Below, piece after piece: positions 49,634 through 58,892 of a stretch of 64,000 bases of DNA (position 1 is its first letter; every line of letters begins with the position of its first letter). This DNA is from Ignavibacteria bacterium (GTDB taxonomy: Bacteria; Bacteroidota; Ignavibacteria; Tepidaquicellales; Tepidaquicellaceae), in the NCBI GenBank assembly GCA_041649015.1, contig JBAZNU010000008.1:25425-89424 (forward strand), read 5' to 3'. Under the pieces are notes generated by a model, which saw nothing but the letters and a program-made list of their open reading frames with translations, had not been told where the DNA came from and did no database searches. The position numbers and the translations under genes were made by a program.

Positions 49634-50794
49634 ATGAATTTTAAATATGCAAAAAGAATGCAAAACCTCGGCACTGAGACTGCCTTTGAGGTTTTAGCTA
49701 AAGCAAAGAAACTGGAAGCTGAAGGCAAGCACATTATCCATCTTGAAATTGGAGAGCCTGATTTTCCGACGCCTGATAACATTGTTCAGGCAGCTGCGAA
49801 GTCATTGCAAGGCGGCGATACACATTATACTCCTTCAAACGGTATTCTGCCTTTGAGAGAGTCAATTGCAAAATATATGTCAAGAACCAGAGGTCTGGAT
49901 TTTACTGCTGATGAAGTAGTAATGACACCGGGCGGGAAACCGATTATGTTTTTTGCAATCATCGCACTTATTGATGAAGGTGATGAAGTCCTTTATCCAA
50001 ATCCGGGATTTCCTATCTATGAATCGATGATTAAATTTATGGGAGGCAAACCAGTTCCTATTCCGTTAAAGGAAGAAAAAGGATTTGCCTTTGACCCTGA
50101 GGATTTAAGAAAATTAATTACACCAAAGACTAAACTTTTAATAATTAATACACCTCAGAACCCAACAGGCGGAATTCTTACAAAAGATGCTATTCTTAAG
50201 ATTGCAGATATTGTAAAGGATAAAGATATCTGGATACTGAGCGATGAGATATATTCACGTTTGATATTTTCAGGCGAACATTTCAGTATTGCACAGGTTC
50301 CGGGCTTTAAAGAGAGAACTATTATACTTGACGGTTTCTCAAAGTATTACGCAATGACAGGATGGAGAGCGGGTTTTGGTGTAATGAACAAAGAGATTGC
50401 TCCAATGATTTCCAAATTAGTTACAAACAGCGTATCATGCACAAACACATTCGTTCAGAAAGGATGTATTGAAGCACTCGAAGGTCCGCAGGATTCAGTC
50501 GACCAGATGAAAGCAGAGTTCCTTGCACGCCGGGATACCATTGTTGAAGGATTAAATTCTCTAAAAGGATTTTCATGTATCGTTCCTGACGGTGCATTCT
50601 ATGCTTTCCCGAATATAACAAAGACGGGTTATACATCAAGAGAGCTTAATGACCATCTGCTATACAAAGCTAACGTAGCAGCGTTATCAGGTACGGCTTT
50701 CGGCGAATACGGCGAAGGATATCTGAGATTCTCTTATGCTAATTCAAGAGAGAATATAAAGGAAGCAATTAAAAGAATTAAAAACGTTTTATAA
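49634..50794 (+). CDS. class I/II pyridoxal-phosphate-dependent aminotransferase (aspartate aminotransferase-like)
   Basis: 386 aa; ..NPQNPTGG.., PLP-lysine region ..DGFSKYYAMTGWRAG.., ..LRFSYA.. Confidence 0.85.
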   Translation: MNFKYAKRMQNLGTETAFEVLAKAKKLEAEGKHIIHLEIGEPDFPTPDNIVQAAAKSLQGGDTHYTPSNGILPLRESIAKYMSRTRGLDFTADEVVMTPGGKPIMFFAIIALIDEGDEVLYPNPGFPIYESMIKFMGGKPVPIPLKEEKGFAFDPEDLRKLITPKTKLLIINTPQNPTGGILTKDAILKIADIVKDKDIWILSDEIYSRLIFSGEHFSIAQVPGFKERTIILDGFSKYYAMTGWRAGFGVMNKEIAPMISKLVTNSVSCTNTFVQKGCIEALEGPQDSVDQMKAEFLARRDTIVEGLNSLKGFSCIVPDGAFYAFPNITKTGYTSRELNDHLLYKANVAALSGTAFGEYGEGYLRFSYANSRENIKEAIKRIKNVL

Positions 50795-50815
50795 CTTATT
50801 GTTATCTCTTTCATT

Positions 50816-50847
50816 AAAAACGGCTCTATCATTAAGAGCCGTTTTTG
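50816..50847. terminator. bidirectional intrinsic terminator between convergent genes
   Basis: aaaaacggctct-atcatta-agagccgttttt: perfect 12-bp arms including the flanking A and T tracts. Confidence 0.8.
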
Positions 50848-50859
50848 TTTATGAACACT

Positions 50860-52734
50860 TTATCTTACTAACACCATCTTTTTAGTATCATTGTAATCCT
50901 CTGCTGACATTCTGTAAAAATAAACACCTGAGGAAAGTATTTTAGCGTTATATTTTACAGTATATTCACCTGTTCTGAAAAATTTATTGACTACTTCTGC
51001 AATCTCTTTGCCTCTAATGTCGAATATTTTAATAACAACGTTACCATCTTTTGGTACAGAGAATTTAATGTTAGTTTCGGGATTAAAAGGGTTTGGATAA
51101 TTATTGTATAATTTATATCCAGTGATTCTCGATGTTTCATTAGAAATGAAAGCTGTGCTTAATTCCTTGATTCTACCAGTAGAAACATAATTAAGTGTAT
51201 CGAATGTTGATACAAAATTCTTAATGCATATATATTCAGGTGTAAATGTAGGTGTCAGGCTGCTTATCTGTATCCCAAGCTGTGAGAGTGCAAAAAGTAA
51301 ACCTTCATTAGCAGATGCAGAGTAGTTTGCAGATGTCGAAAATGCTGTGTCATTTACGAACATGCTCGAGGGAATCACTCTTTGACCGATTGGCAGGGTT
51401 TTATCATAATCGAATCTAAGACCGGCAAACTGAGGGAAGTAACTTACGTTATTCGTAATTAAAGCGAATATCAGTTCGAGTCCTCTTTTCAGTTCTGCAC
51501 CCGTAATACTGAATTTCATAACGTTGAAACCGAGTCCTGTAGCAGTGTCATAACCGTAAGGCATAGTCCTTAAAATGTCGTACCCTGTTACACCTCCATG
51601 GTAAATTGTTTCTGCGGTCAGTCCAACGGCTGTCATTGAAATTTGTGTATTTGTAAGACTTCTTTGTGCGTCCGTAACAAGATTACCAAGAGGAGTATCC
51701 CTGAAGGATATACTATCGTTCCAGGAAGGAGAAATATTACTTTTTGCATAAGTCACATTCTGGAAAACATCACCATATCTGTTTATTATTCCTTTTTTAA
51801 GTGAATTTACATAGCTCTTGATTTCAGCATTCTCAGGAATACTTTGATTTATTTCAACGAGACTATAGTTTTCGAATATTACGTTCCCGTTATCATATTC
51901 GAACCTAAGTTTTCCGGCATATCTGTAGTGACTTCCCGGGTGGCATATTATCGTGCTGTGACCCGCGGGATTCGGCACGAAAACCGGCTGTGTTGTTATG
52001 AAATGGTCATGTCCTCCGAGAATTATGTTAATACCAGGAACGACTGAAGCCATGAAATTATCAAATTCATATCCCATGTGCGAGAGGCACACTATTACAT
52101 CGCATCCTTGATTTATTAGTGCTGCTGTCGTTTTTCCTGCAATCTGAAGAGCACTGTCATTTATGACAACAGGAAACGGATTACTTGAAGGGTCGTTTAT
52201 TGTAAGACCGAATATTCCAATCTTTACGCTGTCGTAATGTTTTATGATATATGGATAAACGAATTGAGTTAATGAAGGAAACCCGTTCATGTTTAAGTTT
52301 GAAGATACAAGAGGAACGGCACTTGTATGGAAAGCAGTATCAAGCGAATTGTACAAAACCTGCGGACCTACGTCTAAATCATGGTTTCCGACTGCAATAG
52401 CATCAAGATTCAGTCTGCTTAAAACATTATATTCAGGAAATGAAAAGTACTTATTAAAAAAGAAGTCTCCTGTGAATATATCACCCGAATGGAATACCAT
52501 TACGTTCGAGTCTGTGCTGCGTGTGTTAGCAATGAATGTAGCAAGTCTTGATATACCGCCTTTAGTGTATTCGCCCTGAATGTTCTTTTCACCCAAACCT
52601 AATACATAAGAGTGTGAGTCGCTGAAATGAATTATAGTAAACGGGATTTCTGTGCTATTCGAAACAGAATTGAAGAATAAAAGAAATCCTGATATAATAT
52701 ATATTATTTTACTTTTTAGCATAAAATTAATCAT
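50860..52734 (-). CDS. secreted metallophosphatase/5'-nucleotidase-family protein with a T9SS C-terminal sorting domain
   Basis: 624 aa. Signal peptide; ..IIHFSDSHS.., ..HSGDIFTGD.., ..VGNHDLD.., ..GGHDH.. calcineurin-like motifs; 5'-nucleotidase C-domain-like middle. C-terminus ..YNNYPNPFNPETNIKF...SGVYFYRM...KKMVLVR. Confidence 0.78.
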   Translation of the reverse strand: MINFMLKSKIIYIISGFLLFFNSVSNSTEIPFTIIHFSDSHSYVLGLGEKNIQGEYTKGGISRLATFIANTRSTDSNVMVFHSGDIFTGDFFFNKYFSFPEYNVLSRLNLDAIAVGNHDLDVGPQVLYNSLDTAFHTSAVPLVSSNLNMNGFPSLTQFVYPYIIKHYDSVKIGIFGLTINDPSSNPFPVVINDSALQIAGKTTAALINQGCDVIVCLSHMGYEFDNFMASVVPGINIILGGHDHFITTQPVFVPNPAGHSTIICHPGSHYRYAGKLRFEYDNGNVIFENYSLVEINQSIPENAEIKSYVNSLKKGIINRYGDVFQNVTYAKSNISPSWNDSISFRDTPLGNLVTDAQRSLTNTQISMTAVGLTAETIYHGGVTGYDILRTMPYGYDTATGLGFNVMKFSITGAELKRGLELIFALITNNVSYFPQFAGLRFDYDKTLPIGQRVIPSSMFVNDTAFSTSANYSASANEGLLFALSQLGIQISSLTPTFTPEYICIKNFVSTFDTLNYVSTGRIKELSTAFISNETSRITGYKLYNNYPNPFNPETNIKFSVPKDGNVVIKIFDIRGKEIAEVVNKFFRTGEYTVKYNAKILSSGVYFYRMSAEDYNDTKKMVLVR

Positions 52735-53003
52735 AATAAATTAACACTTAAATTGCGTTGTATAGTTTCAGCAAATTAAATTAATTCGTGTTCCAATTAT
52801 TATCTGTTTCATAAATAGCAAAAAATAATTAAATTTGTGTAACCAACTTTTCTGAACAAATGATAAAGTTGTTTATCTTATCTCAGTCTATAAATGTTTC
52901 AATATCGTTTGAGGGTTTAATTGCAGGGATTTGTTCTGTTTTCGGCTCTGCTTATTTTGAATATTAAAACTTTTTATAAACTTTATAATAAAGGATTAAA
53001 CAG

Positions 53004-53657
53004 ATGAAACATTCAAATTTATTTGTAATGATTTTAGTTATGTTTCTTTTCTTTGCAGTTAACACATCATATTCTCAGGTAACTGATAAAGACGGGAATA
53101 GTTATAAAACGGTTACAATCGGTAAGCAAGATTGGATGGCAGAGAATCTAAATGTTGAGCATTACAGAAACGGCGACCCAATTCCTGAAGTTCAGGATAA
53201 AGAGGAATGGGACAATCTAACGACGGGTGCCTGGTGCTGGTACGAAAACAACTCAGCGAACGGCACAACATACGGCAGGCTTTATAACTGGTATGCGGTG
53301 AATGATCCGCGCGGGCTGGCACCTGAGGGATGGCTTATACCCTCAAGCGATGAATGGAATAAACTTACGGATAATTTAGGCGGTGCAGAAACTGCGGGCA
53401 CAAAGCTGAAATCAACGAGCGGATGGAGTGAGGGGGGAAACGGAGATAACAAAAGCGGTTTTACTGCAATTCCGGGAGGTTACAGAACACATGACGGTTA
53501 TTTTTCAAACATGGGAAAGAATGCACTCTTCTGGACTTCTACAGAATTTAATTCAGCTAATGCCTGGTTTAGAAATGTAATAGGCAGTATTCCTGATGTA
53601 TATGCTCCGAATTACGGAAAGGATTTTGGGCTTTCTGTTCGTTGTGTAAAAGATTAA
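53004..53657 (+). CDS. FISUMP (Fibrobacter succinogenes major paralogous domain) protein
   Basis: 217 aa. Signal peptide; ..DKDGNSYKTVTIGKQDWMAENLN.., ..YGRLYNWYAV.., ..GW.IPS..EW..L.., ..FWTSTE.., ..GLSVRCVKD. Confidence 0.75.
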   Translation: MKHSNLFVMILVMFLFFAVNTSYSQVTDKDGNSYKTVTIGKQDWMAENLNVEHYRNGDPIPEVQDKEEWDNLTTGAWCWYENNSANGTTYGRLYNWYAVNDPRGLAPEGWLIPSSDEWNKLTDNLGGAETAGTKLKSTSGWSEGGNGDNKSGFTAIPGGYRTHDGYFSNMGKNALFWTSTEFNSANAWFRNVIGSIPDVYAPNYGKDFGLSVRCVKD

Positions 53658-53669
53658 TATAAAAATATT

Positions 53670-54323
53670 ATGAAAAGAATAACAAAATATACATTAGCGC
53701 TAAGCGCTGTTCTGTTTCTATTTACAGGCATATCATTTTCCCAAGTTACGGATAAAGACGGGAATGTTTACGAAACAGTTAAGATAGGTTTACAGGAATG
53801 GTCGGCTGAAAATCTTGTAGTTACACATTACAGGAACGGCGATGAAATACCACAAGTGCAGGATGCAAATGAATGGTCGAAACTTAAAACCGGTGCATGG
53901 TGCTGGTATGAGAACAAAACAGAAAACGGGAAGACGTACGGCAGGCTTTACAATTGGCATGCAGTGAATGACACGCGTGGTCTTGCACCTGAGGGCTGGC
54001 ATATATCGACCGATAACGACTGGCAACAGCTCATTGATTTTCTTGGCGACTGGATGACATCAGGGCAGAAATTGAAGGGTAAGAACGGCTGGTTTAATGA
54101 TAAGAACGGCACCGATGAAAGTGGTTTTAATGCTGTCCCGGGCGGAATACGAGATTCAGACGGCGACTTTTATGATTACTTAAAGTTTGGATGTTTTTGG
54201 ACTTCGACAGAGAATAATGAGGCAAACGCGTGGTATTATTTTGTAATCCACAACTATACTGATGTAGCAAGGTTTGATGGTGCGAAAGAAAGAGGATTAT
54301 CGGTGCGGTTAGTAAAGGATTAA
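53670..54323 (+). CDS. FISUMP domain protein, tandem paralog
   Basis: 217 aa; same motif series as the preceding gene (..DKDGNVYETVKIGLQEWSAENL.., ..YGRLYNWHAV.., ..FWTSTE.., ..GLSVRLVKD). Confidence 0.75.
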   Translation: MKRITKYTLALSAVLFLFTGISFSQVTDKDGNVYETVKIGLQEWSAENLVVTHYRNGDEIPQVQDANEWSKLKTGAWCWYENKTENGKTYGRLYNWHAVNDTRGLAPEGWHISTDNDWQQLIDFLGDWMTSGQKLKGKNGWFNDKNGTDESGFNAVPGGIRDSDGDFYDYLKFGCFWTSTENNEANAWYYFVIHNYTDVARFDGAKERGLSVRLVKD

Positions 54324-54344
54324 ATTTTCATAGTTTTTACATTC

Positions 54345-54379
54345 AAAAAGGGTGAAATTGCAATAATTTCACCCTTTTT
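54345..54379 (+). terminator. strong intrinsic terminator
   Basis: A tract, 10-bp perfect stem gggtgaaatt / aatttcaccc, 5-nt loop, TTTTT. Confidence 0.85.
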
Positions 54380-54465
54380 CATTAATATTTGCTTGATATT
54401 TGGAAGAAATTCGAGATTTTTGATAGATTTTGGCGGAATTATTACAAAAACCGGAAATATAAACC

Positions 54466-54631
54466 CTATATATAGAGCTATATAAGGGCCATATGAAAGC
54501 TATATGATAGCTATTTGCGAGCTATATGCGTTCTATATAAATTTCATATAAACTCTATATGAACGCTATATGGAAATATGGCATTTTCATGGTATGTTTA
54601 TGGGATGTTGATGGTATGTTCATGGGATGTT
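54466..54631. repeat. tract of about 15 phased 11-bp repeats in two sequence classes
   Basis: Hand alignment places CTATATG-type cores at 54466, 54478, 54489, 54500, 54511, 54522, 54533, 54544, 54555 and 54566, with some 1-nt variants. A transitional unit sits at 54577, then nATGGKATGTT at 54588, 54599, 54610 and 54621. Exact 11-bp phase holds from 54478 to 54631 (14 units). Confidence 0.9.
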
Positions 54632-54693
54632 AAAATAAAGAATTGTTATTACATAAAATTACAAAGCAGTTCTTTTTTATAAACTGCACACCT

Positions 54694-54717
54694 GAATATT
54701 TCTCCTGGGAAATATTC
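54694..54717. promoter_or_regulatory. perfect 9-bp inverted repeat, operator-like
   Basis: GAATATTTC-tcctgg-GAAATATTC, in the non-coding region between the phased repeat tract and the first propeller gene. Confidence 0.5.
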
Positions 54718-54868
54718 AATTGTAAACTCACTACAAAGATACAAAAAATATAAATTAAAGTAAAGGAAAAAATTGATATTGGATTAACAATTTTTCAATG
54801 ATTTAAATATTAAGATTCTTTCGATTTTTCATACCTGATTCCGTACAAGCATTTTTTGCATTCTCAAA

Positions 54869-55012
54869 ATTTATATTGAATAAATTGATTCAAATGTATA
54901 ATTTATGTTAATAACGTTTTTTATAAATCAACTCATAAAAGACTATGAAAAAACTGATTTTCCTCCTCACAGCAGTTTTACTCGTAACCGCACAGCTATA
55001 TTCACAATGGGT
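54869..55012 (+). repeat. duplicated promoter + 5'UTR + signal-peptide block, copy 1
   Basis: 144 bp that align with 56257-56400 with about 6 mismatches by hand. Contains TTGAAT-15 nt-TATAAT (54876-54902) and the first 23 codons (MKKLIFLLTAVLLVTAQLYSQWV). Confidence 0.9.
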
Positions 55013-56225
55013 ATTACAGTCAACACCAACCACAAATGCACTCGAAGCAATTTTTGTTGTAAATGCAAACGTAATATATGCAGCGGGTGATGATGAAACA
55101 ATAATTAAAACAACAAACGGCGGTGTGAACTGGTTTTTGCTGCGTGAGAATGCAGCAGGTAAAGATTATCTTGACGTTTATTTTGTGAATGAAAATACGG
55201 GTGTAGCGGTTGGCGGGCTTTCCTCACCAATAAGAGTTGGTTTAATATCAAGAACTACAGACGGCGGTTTGCACTGGGTTGATTTTATTACAACTGACGG
55301 AAACTTTCTCGCTTTACAATTTGTAAATTCATTTACGGGATATCTTGGGGGCTGGGTGAATTCGGCTTCAATGTCACCTGTTTTGAAAACTACAAATGCC
55401 GGTGTGACCTGGCTGGCGGCAGTGCCTTTCAACTGTTATGGTATTGAATGTTTTTCATTTTTAAATGAGACAACCGGTTTTGCAACAGGAAGCTATTCAG
55501 GCGGCGAGGCGATTTTCAAAACAACAAACGGCGGTTATTCGTGGACATTGCATTCAAACTTTGGCAATGGTTTCTGGCTTTGCTCGGTTTTCTTCGTGAA
55601 CGCAAACACGGGCTGGGTTTCGGGAAATCAGTCTTCACCCTGGGGAGGTCTGCTGAGAAAAACAACTAATGGAGGTGTGAACTGGACTCATCAAACGAAT
55701 GCGAATACGAATGAAACATACGAGTTGTACTTCCTGAATGAAAACACAGGCTGGGTTGCGGGGGATTCACCAAAAATTCAAAAGACAACAAACGGCGGCG
55801 TGAACTGGTTTACGCAGTCAACACCATCAGGATGGTGGATGTGGGATATTCAGTTTATTAATGAAAACACCGGCTGGGCTGCGGGTTCACAAGGTAAGGT
55901 CTTTTTTACAATTAACGGCGGCGGAACGGTATCAGTGCAGAATATATCGACTGAAATACCTAATTCTTATTCGCTCAGTCAGAATTTTCCGAATCCGTTT
56001 AATCCGAGAACAGTTATCAGCTTTCAGCTTCCAGCGGTCAGTGATGTGATGCTAAAGGTTTATGATGTTACAGGGAAGGAAATTGCGACACTTGTGAATG
56101 AAAGGCTGCAGGCGGGATCGTATGAAACCACTTTTGACGGGAGCGGACTTAATAGCGGGGTGTATTTTTATAGACTAACTACGGATGGTTTTTCAGAAAC
56201 GAAGAGGATGGTGCTAATTAAATAA
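54945..56225 (+). CDS. secreted Ycf48/BNR-like beta-propeller protein with T9SS CTD (paralog A)
   Basis: 426 aa. Signal peptide; repeated ..KTTNGG.NW.. Asp-box-like blades. CTD ..YSLSQNFPNPFNPRTVISFQLPAVSDVMLKVYDVTGKE...SGVYFYRLTTDGFSETKRMVLIK. Confidence 0.8.
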   Translation: MKKLIFLLTAVLLVTAQLYSQWVLQSTPTTNALEAIFVVNANVIYAAGDDETIIKTTNGGVNWFLLRENAAGKDYLDVYFVNENTGVAVGGLSSPIRVGLISRTTDGGLHWVDFITTDGNFLALQFVNSFTGYLGGWVNSASMSPVLKTTNAGVTWLAAVPFNCYGIECFSFLNETTGFATGSYSGGEAIFKTTNGGYSWTLHSNFGNGFWLCSVFFVNANTGWVSGNQSSPWGGLLRKTTNGGVNWTHQTNANTNETYELYFLNENTGWVAGDSPKIQKTTNGGVNWFTQSTPSGWWMWDIQFINENTGWAAGSQGKVFFTINGGGTVSVQNISTEIPNSYSLSQNFPNPFNPRTVISFQLPAVSDVMLKVYDVTGKEIATLVNERLQAGSYETTFDGSGLNSGVYFYRLTTDGFSETKRMVLIK

Positions 56226-56256
56226 ATTTTAAAATCTCAGCAGCGAAAGCCACGGG

Positions 56257-56400
56257 ATTTATATTGAATAAATTGATTCAAATGTATAATTTATGTTAAT
56301 AGTGTTTTTTAGAAATCAAACCATAAAAGACTATGAAAAAACTGATTTTCCTCCTCACCGCAGTTTTACTCGTAACCGCACAGCTATATTCACAATGGGT
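56257..56400 (+). repeat. duplicated promoter + 5'UTR + signal-peptide block, copy 2
   Basis: See copy 1. The TTGAAT-15-TATAAT element recurs at 56264-56290. Confidence 0.9.
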
Positions 56401-57619
56401 TCAGCAGATATCACCAACCCCTGCTTCGCATTACAATATTCTTTTTCTGAATAGTCAGACGGGTTATATATCGTCCGTGAGTGGTATTATTTTAAAGACG
56501 ACCGACGGAGGTACTAACTGGGATATGCCAACTCCAATTACATATTTAAATGTATTTGATATTTATTTCATCGATATAAATACGGGTGTTGCGGTTTGCA
56601 GTAACACATCGACATTTAATTCATCTATTTATAAAACAACAAATGGCGGCACAAACTGGGTTTTAAAGTTTAGTGGAAGTCGAATTGCATTAAGAGGGGC
56701 ACTTCAATTTATAAATTCTGATACCGGCTATGCAGGTGGATGGTCGATTGATACGGCCTTAGTAAAAACAACTGACGGCGGAGAGAGCTGGCAAAGAGTT
56801 TACGTCAGCGGAGCTATAGGTATAGATAAGATTTGTTTCATCGATGCAAACACAGGGTATATGGCAGGGTATGGTATGGATAGCAAACCTTCTGTGTTAA
56901 AGACAACGAACGGCGGTCTTAACTGGACGAAAATATATTCCCATTCAAATGCTATGATGTTTATGTCAATGTATTTTGTGAATGCTTACACAGGCTGGGT
57001 AGTGGGAACAAGTGCATCAAACCAAAGTTTAATTCAGAAAACAACAAATGCAGGTGTTAACTGGGTTGACCAGATGAACCAGCACCCTGCCAACTGGGAA
57101 CTGTACAACATTGAAATGATAAATGAAAATACAGGATGGATAGTAGGAGATGCAGGTCAAATAATTAAAACCACAAATGGAGGAACGAACTGGAGAGCAC
57201 AGGTTGATCCTTCGCCGGGTCCTTATCAACCATTATATGCTGTTGATTTTAATAATGCCGATACAGGGTGGATAGTTGGAGGTAATGGAAGAATATATAA
57301 AACAACAAACGGCGGCGGAACGGTATCAGTGCAGAATATTTCGACTGAAATACCGTCTGCGTATTCATTAAAGCAAAACTATCCGAACCCGTTTAATCCG
57401 AGAACAGTTATCAGCTTTCAACTTCCAGCCGTCAGTAACGTGATGCTAAAGGTTTATGATGTTACTGGGAAAGAAGTTGCGACGCTTGTGAATGAAAGAC
57501 TGCAGGCGGGTACGTACGAAACCACGTTTAACGGGAGCATACTTAATAGCGGCGTGTATTTTTACAGACTTACTACGGATGGTTTTTCGGAAACGAAGAG
57601 GATGATGATGATAAAATAA
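56333..57619 (+). CDS. secreted Ycf48/BNR-like beta-propeller protein with T9SS CTD (paralog B)
   Basis: 428 aa. Signal peptide identical to paralog A, divergent propeller (..KTTDGGTNW.., ..KTTNGGTNW..), near-identical CTD. Confidence 0.8.
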   Translation: MKKLIFLLTAVLLVTAQLYSQWVQQISPTPASHYNILFLNSQTGYISSVSGIILKTTDGGTNWDMPTPITYLNVFDIYFIDINTGVAVCSNTSTFNSSIYKTTNGGTNWVLKFSGSRIALRGALQFINSDTGYAGGWSIDTALVKTTDGGESWQRVYVSGAIGIDKICFIDANTGYMAGYGMDSKPSVLKTTNGGLNWTKIYSHSNAMMFMSMYFVNAYTGWVVGTSASNQSLIQKTTNAGVNWVDQMNQHPANWELYNIEMINENTGWIVGDAGQIIKTTNGGTNWRAQVDPSPGPYQPLYAVDFNNADTGWIVGGNGRIYKTTNGGGTVSVQNISTEIPSAYSLKQNYPNPFNPRTVISFQLPAVSNVMLKVYDVTGKEVATLVNERLQAGTYETTFNGSILNSGVYFYRLTTDGFSETKRMMMIK

Positions 57620-57625
57620 TTTACT

Positions 57626-57650
57626 AATCCCACTGAATGCTGGGGATTTT
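57626..57650 (+). terminator. weak hairpin, possible terminator
   Basis: aatccc-(11-nt loop)-gggatt followed by tt. Confidence 0.3.
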
Positions 57651-57672
57651 ATAATTATTAAATCATAAAGAT

Positions 57673-58887
57673 ATGAAATATATATTTGTTGTTTTAGTAA
57701 TGCTCATTACAATGAATGTAAGCGGGCAATGGCAAAATGCTTCAAACGGACTTTTAGGAGGTTCTGTATGCGGATTTACAACTATCGGTACTGATATATA
57801 CACTGCAGCATCTTTTTTCACTGGTCCAGAAATTACTGACTCTTCCGGAATATTTCGTTCTACAAACAACGGTTTAAGCTGGACCCCAACAGCATTTTTT
57901 CCACTGCGAATAATAAATATATTCGCAAACGGTTCACGCTTGTTTGCCTGTACTAATAATCAAGGAACATATTACACCGATAATTTTGGTGCAAGTTGGA
58001 CTTCGATGAACTTAGAAATTAGTTCTTTCGGTTCGAACAGCACACATCTTTTTGCCACATCAAATCCCAATTTATTAGTATCAACTAATAACGGAACAAA
58101 TTGGGCCACTATAAACTCAATTTACGGTCGATTGCTCATTAACGGAAGTAATGTTTATGTTTATGGTTCTAATTATATCAATATTTCTTCTAACAATGGT
58201 GTGAATTGGTCAACTTCATATTTATATACATATGAAATATCTTTAATGACAGCTTTAGGAAATGAACTTTATGCCGTAACTTATTCCTCAGGAATTATAA
58301 AATCTACAGACAATGGTTACACCTTTAATCAAACATCACAATTCAGCAGCTCAATCATAAAATCATTAATTGCATTTGGAACATGTGTAATTGCTGGAGC
58401 TTGGGGCAGTGGAATAATTATTTCAACAAATGGAGGTATATACTGGATACGTAAGAATGAGGGTTTTGATGGAGACGATTATATAATAACAAATCTTTTG
58501 TATGCAAACGGTTATGTTCTTGCAGGTCGTGCTTATTATTCAAGTGGATTCCAATCATACAAAGTATGGAGAAGAGACTTTCAGGAATTAGTATCTGTAA
58601 ACGAAATATCATCTGCATTACCATCAAAGTATTCACTATCGCAAAACTATCCGAACCCGTTTAATCCGAGAACTAAAATTAGTTTTCAGTTGTCAGTTGT
58701 TAGTTTATCGACATTGAAAGTATTTGACATTACGGGAAAGGAAGTTGCGACGCTTGTGAATGAAAGGCTGCAGCCGGGGACGTATGAAACCACTTTTGAC
58801 GGGAGCGGACTTAATAGCGGCGTGTATTTTTATAGACTGACGACGGATGGTTTTGCGGAGACGAAAAGGATGGTATTAATAAAATAA
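57673..58887 (+). CDS. secreted beta-propeller-like protein with T9SS CTD (paralog C)
   Basis: 404 aa. Signal peptide; blades marked by STNNGLSW, TDNFGASW, STNNGTNW, SSNNGVNW, STDNGYTF, STNGGIYW. CTD ..YSLSQNYPNPFNPRTKISFQL... Confidence 0.75.
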   Translation: MKYIFVVLVMLITMNVSGQWQNASNGLLGGSVCGFTTIGTDIYTAASFFTGPEITDSSGIFRSTNNGLSWTPTAFFPLRIINIFANGSRLFACTNNQGTYYTDNFGASWTSMNLEISSFGSNSTHLFATSNPNLLVSTNNGTNWATINSIYGRLLINGSNVYVYGSNYINISSNNGVNWSTSYLYTYEISLMTALGNELYAVTYSSGIIKSTDNGYTFNQTSQFSSSIIKSLIAFGTCVIAGAWGSGIIISTNGGIYWIRKNEGFDGDDYIITNLLYANGYVLAGRAYYSSGFQSYKVWRRDFQELVSVNEISSALPSKYSLSQNYPNPFNPRTKISFQLSVVSLSTLKVFDITGKEVATLVNERLQPGTYETTFDGSGLNSGVYFYRLTTDGFAETKRMVLIK

Positions 58888-58892
58888 TTACC

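Noticed and set aside
54466-54631. Considered whether the repeat tract is a degenerate CRISPR array or a minisatellite inside a gene.
   Set aside because: The units are only 11 bp and contiguous with no spacers, and no cas genes are nearby. The period is not a multiple of 3 and all frames contain stops.
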